From assembly GCF_009914755.1 (NCBI RefSeq), contig NC_060934.1: a DNA stretch of 64,000 nt; one strand, given 5' to 3'. The notes under the pieces were generated by a model, which saw nothing but the letters and a program-made list of their open reading frames with translations, did not search any database and had not been told where the DNA came from. Below, one piece after another: positions 1 to 12,102 of the stretch; within the stretch, counting starts at the first letter, position 1; every line of letters begins with the position of its first letter. Made by a program: the position numbers and the translations under genes. The DNA is from the human T2T-CHM13v2.0 reference genome, Homo sapiens.

Positions 1-51
1 CTGATAAGAGCGTAGTATAGAGTAAAGAATATTAATTTTTAAACCTTATTT

Positions 52-428
52 ATTTATTTTAATGAGGTACAATTCACGTAATAGAAAATTAACCATTTTA
101 AAATGTACACATCAGTGACATTTAGTACTCTTACAGTGTTGTACTACCACCACCTCTATCTAGTTCTAAAACATTTTTGTCACCCCAGAAAGAAACCCCA
201 TCCTCGTTAGGCAGTTGCTCCCCTTTTGTGCTCCACCTAACCCCTAGTAACACCAGTCTTCTTCCTGTCTCTATAGATTCATCTATTCTGGATATTCCAA
301 ACAAATGGAATCCTACAACATGTGACCTTTTGTGTCTGGTTTTGTTCACTCAGCATAATGTTTTTGAGGTCCATTTACATTGCAGCCTAGGTCAGTACTT
401 CATTCCTTTTTATGGTTGGGAATATTGA
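52..428 (-). mobile_element. Old L1 (L1MB-like) 3' end fragment
   Basis: Antisense L1M 3'UTR text (caccacctctatctagttc...catttttgtcaccccagaaagaaaccc; cagcataatgtttttgaggtccat). Confidence 0.8.
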
Positions 429-431
429 TTT

Positions 432-520
432 TAAGTTCTAGGCCTAGCTCTGCTATTAACTCCCTGAAAGCCTGACGCAAACCTCTGAGCCTTATTTTGC
501 TCGTCTGTAAAGGTGAGGGC
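432..520 (+). mobile_element. MIR fragment
   Basis: Degenerate MIR core acctctgagccc...tcgtctgtaaa. Confidence 0.55.
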
Positions 521-1209
521 TGTGTAGCCTATGGCATGTGAGTTCCGCAGGAAGCTCTGGAACAAAAGGTCTTCAGTTCAAGTAAGTGTGAGGAACAGTG
601 CATACTGTGTCTTGTTTGTCGTGACTCATAATGCTCCATGTACTAAAGATTTGCACTCTTTAGCCCAGGATTGCTCAATCTGGGACCAGAGAACCCTTTT
701 ATTTCGCCTATTTTTGTTTACATCTTATAGAACATAATCCAGGATTCTAAGACACTGTAATCTATGAATCACTTATTGATGAAATTCCACAATATGGTAA
801 TTATAACAATATAATTGTAATTGTAATTGTAAAAATATACAACTTGGCCAGCCATGGTTATGTTGATCTTTTCTCCAAGTTAGTGTCCATCAGTTGGGGT
901 AGTATTCTTCCCTAGGGGACATTTTGAACCTTTGTTGGGGCATTTTGGTTATCTCAGTGATAACTCAAGGGTAATAAACATCCTGGAATGTATTGCGTAG
1001 TCTTTTACAACACTCCCTGATCCTGCACAAACTCTCAAATGTCCTGCTGGTCATTTGTGAAGGTGCACACCCTATTTATAATTATCTGAACGTAGTTTTC
1101 CATATGAACACAAAGTATTTTTGTGTGGCTTGAACGTTTGTGGAGTTTTCCAAGTATACAATAATTGTGTAAAATCAGGGTTTATTTTAAAAGAGTTCTT
1201 TACCATTGA

Positions 1210-1550
1210 AGGATAGACAGGATTATGCTACAGTAACAAATTAACCTAGAAATTCTGGTGGTTTAACACAACAAAGGTTTCTTTTTTATTTATGCTAAAA
1301 GTTGATCAAGCATTGACAGAGGGCTCTGCCCCACTTACTCAAGCATCCAGACTCCACCATGGGGATCGTTGCCAGCCACTGCGGGCAGGGATAGACGGGA
1401 TTCACATACCAGCTCATCAATATTTTGACCCAAAGTTGAGGTACATCACTTCTGACTATAGTGTACCGGCCAGAAATAGTCATATAGTCCTACCTAACCA
1501 TAAGGGGGTTAGGGAAGAGGAACAGGTGGAAAGTTGGGTGAGTACAGTGT
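1210..1550 (-). mobile_element. Ancient ERVL/MaLR-class LTR (LTR33/MLT1-like)
   Basis: ggattatgctacagtaacaaa...ggtttaacacaacaaaggttt and ggccagaaatagtcatatagtcctacctaacc motifs. Confidence 0.6.
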
Positions 1551-1843
1551 TCATGGTAATGCGACTTGTAGTATTTGAGCTGTCATTACAGTGCTTGTGG
1601 ATTGGTTTGCATATGTAGTGTCACATGCATGTTGATTGTACATGCATGTGACAGTTGTATAGGCACAAGCATGTACTTACTTAGTTGTATCTATTAGTAT
1701 AGTAATGCCTGGGTATTTACAAATAGAAATACTTCTTATTTTGTTGTAAGTTATTTTCCTGTATTTATATTACAGCTAGGGCATTATATTGATTTCTTTT
1801 TTAAAAATCCTGTGTGAAATATTTGTTACAAAAAGGTGGTCTG

Positions 1844-1946
1844 GGCTGGGCGTGGTGGCTCATGCCAGTAATCCCAGCACTTTGGGAGGCTGAGGCGGGC
1901 AGATCACGAGGTCAGGAGTTTGAGAGCAGCCTGACCAACATGGTGA
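1844..1946 (+). mobile_element. 3'-truncated Alu left-arm fragment (AluS-like)
   Basis: GGCTGGGCGTGGTGGCTCA...AACATGGTGA then abrupt end; no A-tail. Confidence 0.9.
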
Positions 1947-2067
1947 GTCCTGAGAGGAGAGGTCTGAAGGAGAGGAGAGGTCTGATGGTGATGAAAGCCA
2001 CTTTTCTAGGTCTTCGGCATCATCTGGAACACATAGTGGGTCATAGAGAATTACGGGACTTACATAA

Positions 2068-2212
2068 TAATAGTAAGAAGAAGATTAGCTCACATCCTTT
2101 GAGTACTCCGCATGTGCCAGGCACTGTGCTAAAACCCTGTAGGTTGATTCTCTGCTTTAAGCATCACCAGAAGCCTGTGAGGAAACCTCCGAATTCTCCA
2201 TCTTACAGGAGA
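2068..2212 (-). mobile_element. MIR fragment
   Basis: atgtgccaggcactgtgctaaa...cctgtgagg...ccatcttacag. Confidence 0.7.
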
Positions 2213-2973
2213 GAGCTGCTTTTTTCCTTCAAGTATAATGGAAAAGTTGTGGTCCCCAGAATTTCTGTCCTCCCTATGCTAGCACGAAGGGATAATTGAT
2301 CTTCAGACATTGAAAAGAGATAGCAGGCAAAACACCGGGGCTGGAACAACACAGCAGGATACCCAGGGATCCCAAAAGGAAGTCAAAGAAGAGATTGGAG
2401 AAAAGCAGTGGTGAGGAAAAGGGCATTGCCCCCAAAAAGTAATGTCTCCCATGCAGAGAAGACTAGCATTACATAAATGTGTCACTGAGAGAGTTACCTT
2501 ACCCTGACTCTGTCACCAAATTTTATTAAATGCCTCTCCTATTTCATCCTTGTTGGTGAACTTCCCAGTTCTTCTCTTATTTTATGGGCATAAGAGCTTA
2601 TACTTTGCAGTTTAGTTAGTTAATTTATTTAAATAGCATTATCAAGTTGGCTCTAGACTAAAAAAAAAAAAAAGTCATGACTCACTCCAGAAAATACCAT
2701 CAGTTAACAAACGGAAAAAAGGAAAAAGGATCACAGTTAACTCAGAATTATAAAACAATGGTTCTTTTAGGCTTCCTATTTTAGTGGTGTATCCAAACAC
2801 CTTTTTCCCAGAGTAATAGAGCTTTCTTCCCTTTTGGTTGCAAGCATTATATGAGCAAGATTGGCCACTTTAAAAGTTTTGTTGCATCTTTACTTTCATT
2901 ACTCAACCTTTATTTCTCCTCAGTCTTTATTCCATAAGAAATATGCTTCAATGGCTTATGCATTTAGAATTGA

Positions 2974-3058
2974 CTTTGTGGAACAGTGCAATGTTTTCCT
3001 TGCCTGTGGCAAGACCACTTCGGTTCAAGGCTAAGAAACTAGACTGTTCCTACAGAGA
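2974..3058 (+). ncRNA. MIR4295: MIR4295 annotated hairpin; mature CAGUGCAAUGUUUUCCUU at 2984-3001
   Basis: CTTTGTGGAACAGT pairs with ACTGTTCCTACAGAG. The mature sequence and its location in a VTI1A intron match my recollection of hsa-mir-4295. Seed AGUGCAA is shared with the miR-130/301/454 family. Confidence 0.88.
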
Positions 3059-3290
3059 CCCTCTGGGTGACTCATCTCTTTTGAGATCCTGATTGTCCAT
3101 TTTTTGGTTGGTGTTCTGGCAGCAGTGTGTGTTGCCCTGAAGGCACCCTCTCATATGGTGTTGACTACACTATGCTGTGCTATTTAATTCTTGTTTTGGA
3201 TTGTGCCTCGAGTTTTAAGTCACTTGACAATACAGAAGGTTTCTTTCTCCAAAGATTATCAATATCATACCATTGCCTCTCGGTGGTTAT

Positions 3291-3311
3291 ACACACACAC
3301 ACAGACACACA

Positions 3312-3352
<41 letters not shown>
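3291..3352. repeat. (AC)n microsatellite, interrupted
   Basis: About 31 dinucleotide units with two interruptions. Confidence 0.98.
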
Positions 3353-3354
<2 letters not shown>

Positions 3355-3927
3355 ATTTCATGTTTTCTTCCTTTTGAAACTAAATGTGATCTGTCTGACC
3401 TTTCTGAGGAGTCTGCTGCTTTTTCAGATTTATGTCCCTGTGACAAGGTGGTTTGGCAAGCTGTTTGTCTTAATCACTCAGCATCTCCATTAGACAAGCT
3501 GTTTAAAAATCTTCTACGTAATTATCTTTTTTGACTCTCACTCTTCCACATTCTTTTCTTTATTGTAAACTTTCTTATGACTTTTTTATATATCTGCCAT
3601 GTTCTAAAAGGCATTTAAGCCTTCTTACACTGTTTTGTCTGCTTTTCATTAAGTTTGCCATCAATTTACAATCCATGCCCATTGCCTCCTTCACAATCTG
3701 AATACATAAACATGCATAATAAATAAACTCTGGGGTTGAATCCTGGACTGAGTGGCCAACATTTTTTCTGTGTCTTCCTTAACTGTTAAAATAGGCAGAC
3801 AGAGGAGCATTAGAGGAGCTAATTCTAGGAGTCTCCTACGGACATTTGCCGGAGTTTTCACTGCCTTGTTGTTGCCTGTAACTGCAAAGTTCAGAAAGCT
3901 GGGGCTGGAGGTGCCTTTATTCATAAT

Positions 3928-4900
3928 ATGAGCCAGGCACTGTGCTCATTATTTGGGGGGAATAAAAGATAACACATTTCCTGCCTTCAAGCAGCTTTTA
4001 CTCTGGTAAAGAGGATAATGCAGGCATGTAAATCTTGTGGAGATGAGACAGCGTGCTGAGGAATTTAAGGAGAAAGATCCCTTTGGTAAAGGCAGATGCA
4101 GAATTCATGGCAGATGTAGTGTTTTAGCAGAACCGTGAGCAGTCAGCAGGATTGTACGGATTGGAGATTGGTAGAGGCATTCCAGACAGGGAACCGCAAG
4201 GGTCAAAGCTCAGAGGTGGCCAAGTCTAGAATATATGCCAGAGAGAATTGAGAGAGAAGCCTGAAAGAGTATTTAGGCCTAAATTCTGAAAGGTTCTAAA
4301 TGCTGGCTTAAACCTTGGATTTTTCTTGGTGAGCATGGCCAGAGTGGTGTTTTAGGAAGATTTTAGAAAGATCAAACAATCGAGACGTACTGATGGTTGT
4401 AGACAATGAAGACAGGGAAACCAGTTAAGAGGCTTTTGCACTGGTCTTTGTGAGAGGTTACAACAGTAGGAATGGAAAAGAAACAAGTATGAGAGATAAT
4501 TCAAAGAAAGATTTGAGAAAACCCGATGACTGGTTCAAAATGGGAAGCAAAATAAAGGAAGATTCAAACTGAGTTGATATGTGTGAGTCCCAAGAGACCC
4601 ACTTGATTCGCCCACATTTAGCTGATGGGAAGAGGCACATAGCAAGAAGCTGTGATTTTTATTCATGCCCACTGAATTTAAGGGATGAGTGAACTACCCA
4701 GCATGTAATAGGAAATGGGGAGTAAAACTTGGAATAGTTTTTAACAGATTAAGCATAGAAACAGAGATGATATTTAAAAACCATGAAAGTGAATGAGGAT
4801 CTCAAAGGAGACTGTTTGGAGAATGTAGGAAAGAAATACAAAGTAAGAACTTGAACTGCCAATAATTATGGGTTGAGATGAGGCAGCACCTGCAAGGGAG
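3928..4900 (-). mobile_element. L2 LINE fragment
   Basis: gccaggcactgtgct...cctgccttcaagcagcttta followed by purine-rich L2 body (cagggaaaccagttaagaggct; gtgaatgaggatctc). Confidence 0.7.
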
Positions 4901-5247
4901 AGAGATCCGAGGGTTGGGCTCTGAATGCTTTGCTCACAGTAGGCACTCTGCACAGATGCATTTGTGGATGAATACCTGTCAAAGTCAAGGCTGACTCTTT
5001 CACTACAAACTTTGCCATCCCATAAATCTTTATATAAGGGCACTTTGTAGACCAATAATCTTGAGCTCATCAACTCACATAGTTGACATTCAATACCAGG
5101 GCTTTATATAAAGGTATACAATTGCAATTAATATTACTTGTTATTTTTACCTATTGTAATAGCTCATTAATTTTCTCCTGCCATTGGATGGTGTGTTATG
5201 GGTGGGTATGGTGAGTATCCCATTTTGTCAAATAGATTATAAACTCC

Positions 5248-5589
<342 letters not shown>

Positions 5590-6177
5590 TTACTAGAGGG
5601 TGCAGTCAGTATAAATTAAATGCTAGAGATCAATTATTCTCTTCCAAAGTAAAGAGAAAATAAACAACCATAGCAAAACAAAATGAAACAACCAACAACA
5701 AAAAACAGTCATTAAGATTCATTGTCATGGATATAGATAGATCAGAGGAAACATTTCACATTTCTTATGTATCAGAAGGCCAGTCTATTCTTCTAGAACC
5801 TAGAGGCCTCTGTCAACTCATTCTATCTCAGAATAGCCTTAACCAGACAGATATATTTAACTTAAATAATGACATGAAGGCTTTTTTGAATGGTTCCAAT
5901 AGAAACATTAGAAATTGTTTATTCCTAACTTTTATTTAGTTTTGTTTTCTTTTTTTAAAAGGAAAACAATTTGGAGACTCGTGAGATTTTATAGGTGTCA
6001 TCTATTTTGAAACAGTTTACTTTTATGATGTTTATTCATTGAAGGGTGTGAACATTATGGGTTTTACTGCATGGCAAACTAATGCTGTTTTTACAATATA
6101 CTTTATATATGGTGTCAGCTTTTTTGGTGCCTCTTCTAATGTTTCCTTGTTGCATATCCGCAAAAAATCATGATTAG

Positions 6178-6473
<296 letters not shown>

Positions 6474-8719
6474 CAGCTGTATAAAAGACTCTCTTTTTCT
6501 TTAGCATTTAACTCTTAAGTAAAGAAGAAATTAAAAAGTAAAGTAAAATTGTAAATAAGTAATTGCACCTTTATTTCTGTACTGTACATCCCATAAAGAT
6601 AGACAATATGATTGACCTAAAAGTTCTAAATAAATAAACTTAAATCAGAATGTGTGGATTAGGGAGTAAAATGGTAGTACGAAAAAATTGTCTTGTATAC
6701 AGTTGCTTTTTAGATGTGTAAAAACTGTTTACTTGACACACAATGCTTTGGAATTAATCACATATGCAAGCATGTTGTTTGTTGGGGAAACCCCTTATAG
6801 TCTCTACATATGTGAATGAAAGATGGGATTTGTTTGAATTACTCTATAGCCTTCATTGTTAAAATCAGAATTAAGTTCTTTGTTCAGTGAAGCATTCGTA
6901 GCAATCCTTGAGATTTCTGAGCAGGGCTGGTTGTTGGCAGAGAGTTCTCAGTGTATTATGCTGTTTACCTAAGGGTTTTATTCAAGAAGCTCTCTGAACA
7001 GCTGGGCTGATTATTGAAAATGCCTCATAGTAACTTCCAGCCTAGGCTGATCGATATCGGTGCAAAGCTTTACATGGGAGGGAGTTATTTAAACATTGAG
7101 AGCCCCAGGGATAAAAGAGAATGAAAAAATAATGCTGGACAAATATGCTGAAATGTTCAAAAGAAGAGAGAAGTATCTTGTCTTGGTATAGAGGGGAAAT
7201 TCCTAAACAAACAAGCTAGAAAATTTGTAAGCTGATCTTATTACACCCTAAACATTTACTTATTTTAACTTATAGCAATCCCCTAAATATTTATTTATCT
7301 TATAACAACACCCTAAGTATTTGGTGGCAAGAGGAAAGATTAATTAAAAGTACCAAAGATCAATTTTATTTTTATTTATTTTGAAATGTAACCTATTACA
7401 TAAAATTCCATGAGACACTTTTTAGTGATAATATTGGGAAATATTTAACTTTATTGTCAAATAGATTCAGCTCTCATAGTTTAAATGTAGCACAAATGTA
7501 TTTCACCCAAATGTAAGCAGAAAATTCCTATTTCTTTAATTTTTTTTTTTTTTTTTTAACTACAGAGATCTAGAATACAGATATTACCATTTCCTTCTGG
7601 CTTAGTCCTAGCAAAACAGGTTGGGCTTTTTTTTTTTTTCATTTCTGTTTTTAAACAATTTAATAAAATAAATAAAAACTGTACTAGAAATAGGAGATTT
7701 TATTTCCTAAAGGCATTTGGTGGAATTATGACATTGAAGCAAAAGTATCAGCATTTAAAAGCCTGTTTCTTTCTACAAAATGGGAGAACAGAGAAATACT
7801 CCAAAAAGGGAGGGAAAAACACTCAATTTATCAAAGTGGAAGCCTGTATCAAGAAATCCTACATCTTGTTACATCCAGGATTTCTTACTTTTGCTCTGCT
7901 CATGAGCAACAGACAGAAAGTTCAGAAACACAAAGGCAATCAATATGAAAACTGTGAAAGTCTCTTAATTAATCAACTCACACAAACTCTCCAAGTAAGA
8001 GGATTTTACAAACATTTCAATTAAAGCTTTCTCTTTTTATTACTAAATTTCATTGACAATTAAAAATGCATAATGAGAGTCGACATGATTATAAAAAGCA
8101 AAATATCATTTAAATACTGAGCTTTTAGACGTATAGGAGACTGACTTTCTGATGCTTATTCTTTTGATGAATCACATAGACAATTACTAATTGGATAGTT
8201 ATTCTATAACAGTGACATTTTGGAATTTTCAAAACAGGTAGCTCTTTGAACATGTTTGTATTTCTCTCCTCATGTTAACATCATCATTTTGGCATACTCA
8301 GACCTAGAAGCTTCATGACTGACTCACTAATGAAATTCAGCAATCATACATATGCAAAGAACTACCTAATTCATTGAAATATTTAAGAACTGACATGGGG
8401 TGACTAGATGTTTTAACATTTAAGAGCTCTAGAACAGGCTGAAAACACTAACATCCAAGTGTTTACCTATGAATTGATATTGGAATACAAGAAACTAACT
8501 TACATTGAAAAGGTATATACAGAATATGGAAATTTTTATAAAAAACAAAAGCCAGCTTAGTCTAATAGTTTGTTTTTGCTTTTAAAAGAAAAGTTTGTTT
8601 GAAATCTTCATTGACTCTCAGCTGCTGGTTCCAGAAACTACACATATTCCCAATATGGCTTATGCCAGTTTTCTGCTTTGAAGACTAAAAAATAGACCAG
8701 AAGACAAAATATGATTTCA

Positions 8720-8850
8720 TGATTCTGTGCCTCCCTTGTGACAGTAGAAAAGTAATTTAACTCCTTTGTGCAGCTTTTCTTCACCAGTAAATTAGGAATA
8801 ATCATGTCTTCCACCTTCTGTTGGGGACTTTGAAGAGTAATGATTCAAGG
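8720..8850 (+). mobile_element. MIR fragment
   Basis: tgtgac...aagtaatttaactcctttgtgcagcttttcttcaccagtaaattaggaataat. Confidence 0.6.
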
Positions 8851-11413
8851 GCCATTTGGAGTTAAAATAGAAATATGAAATTATTTTTCTTTACCCAAAG
8901 ACTTAAGTTCATGGAATATGAGAATATCTCTTAAATCATTTTTATTTTTAAATGCCCATTTAAAAATTCAGCATTTTAAATCTATTTACTTTGTGTTTAT
9001 ATTGCAAAAATAGAACACAGATGCTAAAGATGTCATATTAGGACATCTTTAATAGCAATATCTATCAATGCCATTAAAATATTATCTATCTATGAAGCAT
9101 AAAGTCCCACTGTTCTAAGAGTAAAACATGGGTGTTTAAAAAATATGCAGAAACTACCCAATTTATCAGAAACAATCGCAGTCAGTTTTTGAATCTGACT
9201 AAAATCTTATTTTGCCCATAGCTTGCCTCCTCTCCCACTCCTCCTGCTCCCACCTCTCATGGAGGAAGAGTGGACCAGCTCACATGGGGATCAGGCATTC
9301 CACAGCCTGGAGGTGGGTAAGGAGGATCTCAACAATCTGGGAAAAAAAACAAACAACAACAACAACAAAAAAAAACCCCACTAGCTTCTATAGATAAATA
9401 TTGATGTGGATCAGGTTGTTGTACTTTGTAAGTAATTTATGTGCCTTTATTAACTGCTGAAATGATATAGACTTGTACCATATAAAAGGGTTCCAATGTT
9501 GATTCCCAATAGAAAAATACAGCTAAAGCATTTTAATATTGGCCTATCATTTGGCAGCTGTTGAATTAGGCAGTTGTTTTATTTAAAGTGAATCAGTATT
9601 CTTTTGTGTATAAGAGAGGAGTAGCCCTGAGGGTAGTCGAATGCAAAATACAGGGCTCAGTCCAGAAACAGATCTTGGCGTCATTCATTGTCTGGGCTCC
9701 AGAAAGACGTTGATGGATGCTGTGGTTTAGTATCCAAATTACTCTATTTATATCTCAGTTTCTAGCCAACAATGGACCATCAGGCATATTCAGATTGGCT
9801 GTTTTCATATAACTTCAAAAGAATACTAAATATTGCCCTGTTGTCTTGTGACTATTACAGAAAAAGCAAAAGTTTTTTTTTTCTTTCAAGGTGATCATTC
9901 TGAGAGGGGGTGTAGTTGGGGGGCAGATAGCAAAAGTCACGGATTTTCTCCTGTTGGAAAAAGCCCTATCTGAGCAGGCTTGTTGAGCTGTCAGTTGGGC
10001 ACTTCAGGCTTTCTCTCTGATCATGCAGTTCGAAAGCCTTTGCAACTCTCCTTCCAGTCCTCCTGCAGGCCCCAGTGATCCCACATGTCCCACATTACCT
10101 CCCTGCTACCCCATCCTTCAAACACGCTAAGCTTGCTGTTGATAAAGGAAAAAACAGAATAGCCACTTTCCTTACTTTGCACAATGTGGAAAGGTTGAGG
10201 ACCTTTCCCCACTCGCCGCGGCTAGGAAACTGGGGGATTTGGAGGGACTCACAGAGGCTATAGCAAATGACCAGGTGATGATGTGCATGACAGTTTGGGC
10301 TCAAGAGGGGAGGTGACCTTAGCAAGGAATAGAAGTGGCAGTTCTGATAGTGTGGAGATGATCTCAGGCAGAAACTCCCAACAGCAGTTGGCAAGGGTCC
10401 CAGCATCAATTCCAAAGCCCCACTCGTAGAAGGTCACCCTTAAAAGATCTTCTTCTCTATTACCTTTAGTATCCTGTCCCTTCCAAATGTTCCTTTCCCA
10501 TTCCCTAATTATCCATTTTCAGTGAGAGCACGAGATTAGCCAAACTTGCAGTTATGTTTTTTTATGCTGCCCAAAGTGCTTGCTTTTACAAACCACATTT
10601 GGCCCCATATCAATCCGTTGTGTAGACCACATCAAGTTTCCAGTCCACAGCCCAACTCCTGCACTTGCGCTTGTCTTTGAACACAAATGGGCCGCAGAAA
10701 GAGGAACTGTTGGGCTTTGTGAGTGACCGGAAACAGGGTACCATTGAGCAGAAATTGAACTGATCGCACCGTGTTAAGTCAGGAAGATTCTCAACCCAGA
10801 CCACTCTTTGAGCACCAAGTTAACATGTATTGCATTTAAAATGTAATAAATGCAGTATTCATAAACTTATATGTGTCTTGTGCCTTTTGTGTCAGCAGGG
10901 TTTCTGTAGGCCTCTATTTACATCAAATAAACTTCAAATATTCCAGAATGTAGACCGCATCTGGTTCATTTTTGAAGTGTCCCTCTAGGAACATTTCTAA
11001 AATAGTAGATTGTTCCAATTTTTTTCCTAATGAGAAAAATCCATGTGTTCTGTGATTATTAATAATAATGGCTTCAAATAAATTATTGACTGGTTGCAAT
11101 GGAATGCACTTTCGAGCAGCTGAGGAACTCCGCACAAAATGTCTGAGTTGTATTCCTCTGATCCCCCCCTCTCCATCAGTTCTATGGGTTATCAGCCAAC
11201 CCAAGCACAGTTGCTGACGGGTTAGTAAGAGAAAGATGGGACAGATGTGAAGGATTCATGGTTCAAAATTATAGTAACATTTAATAAAAATTTAAAAGCA
11301 GTTGCTGATTCTTCTGTTTTTGATTTATGAATTTGGGGGCTTAAAAAATGTTGTATTCATAGCATTCAGTATATCAGCACATATATACGTATACACTCAT
11401 AGTATACAGGGTA

Positions 11414-11438
11414 GTGTGTGTGTGTGTGTGTGTATGTG
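11414..11438. repeat. (GT)n microsatellite
   Basis: Direct observation. Confidence 0.95.
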
Positions 11439-11444
11439 CATGCT

Positions 11445-11750
11445 AAATGATTACCATTTGTGAGGCATTGTATGGAGGGAAATGAATGAGACTGATTCCC
11501 TGCTATGGGGAAGTTTGTTACAGTCTAATGGGGAGACAGGCATGACCCCAGTTAGTCATTCTTTAATAACTAGGCCGAGCATAGGGAGAAGACCAAAACA
11601 CCAAGCCTTGGGGTCTGTGCCATAATAGTGGTACAGATAATGAATTGAGTCCAGAGGAGGGAAAAATGTTGCCAGCTAAGTTGATCATGAAAAACTTTTG
11701 GACATTGGTGACACTAGAACTGTATTTAAATGCATGTTCCCTGTGCATAA
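11445..11750 (-). mobile_element. L2 fragment
   Basis: tccctgctatggggaagttt...acagtctaatgggagacag. Confidence 0.55.
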
Positions 11751-11769
11751 TTATCTGAGCATGTTTTCT

Positions 11770-12102
11770 TTTTTTTCTTTTCTTTTTTTTTTTTTTTTTG
11801 TTTTTAAGACAGAGTCTCACTCTTGTCACCCCAGGCTGGAGTGCTGTAGCACAATCTAGGCTCACTGCAACCTCTGCCTCCCAGGTTCAAGCAATTCTCA
11901 TGCCTCAGCCTCCCAGGTAGCTGGGATTACAGGCACCCGCCACCACACCTGGCTAATTTTTTTTTTTCTTTTTTTTTTTTTGTAGAGACAGAGTTTCACC
12001 ATGTGGCCAGGGTGGTCTTGAACTCCTGGCCTCAAGAAGTGATCTGCTGGTCTCAGCCTCCCAAAGTGCTGGGATTACAGGTGTGAGCCACAGTGTCGGG
12101 CC
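11770..12102 (-). mobile_element. Alu (J/early S-like)
   Basis: Antisense dimer; 16-bp TSD TCTGAGCATGTTTTCT at 11754-11769 and 12105-12120. Confidence 0.95.

Larger units (their letters stand above)
891..2002 (+). mobile_element. MER20B-like hAT DNA transposon fossil interrupted by an LTR and an Alu fragment
   Basis: MER20-type start (cctaggggacattttg...cattttggtt...taaacatcctggaatg), distal block (tatattacagctagggcattatattgattt...tatttgttacaaaaagg) and terminal remnant ggtctgatggtgatgaaagccact. Confidence 0.6.

Noticed and set aside
1814-2299. 161-aa ORF
   Set aside because: Non-ATG start; spans MER20B, Alu fragment and MIR; no recognisable domain.
622-3074. AP-1 heptamers TGACTCA at 622, 2678 and 3068
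   Set aside because: Dispersed; 7-mers at this frequency are not clearly above chance.
3127-3534. ORFs with HT/CV dipeptide runs
   Set aside because: Translation of the (AC)n microsatellite.
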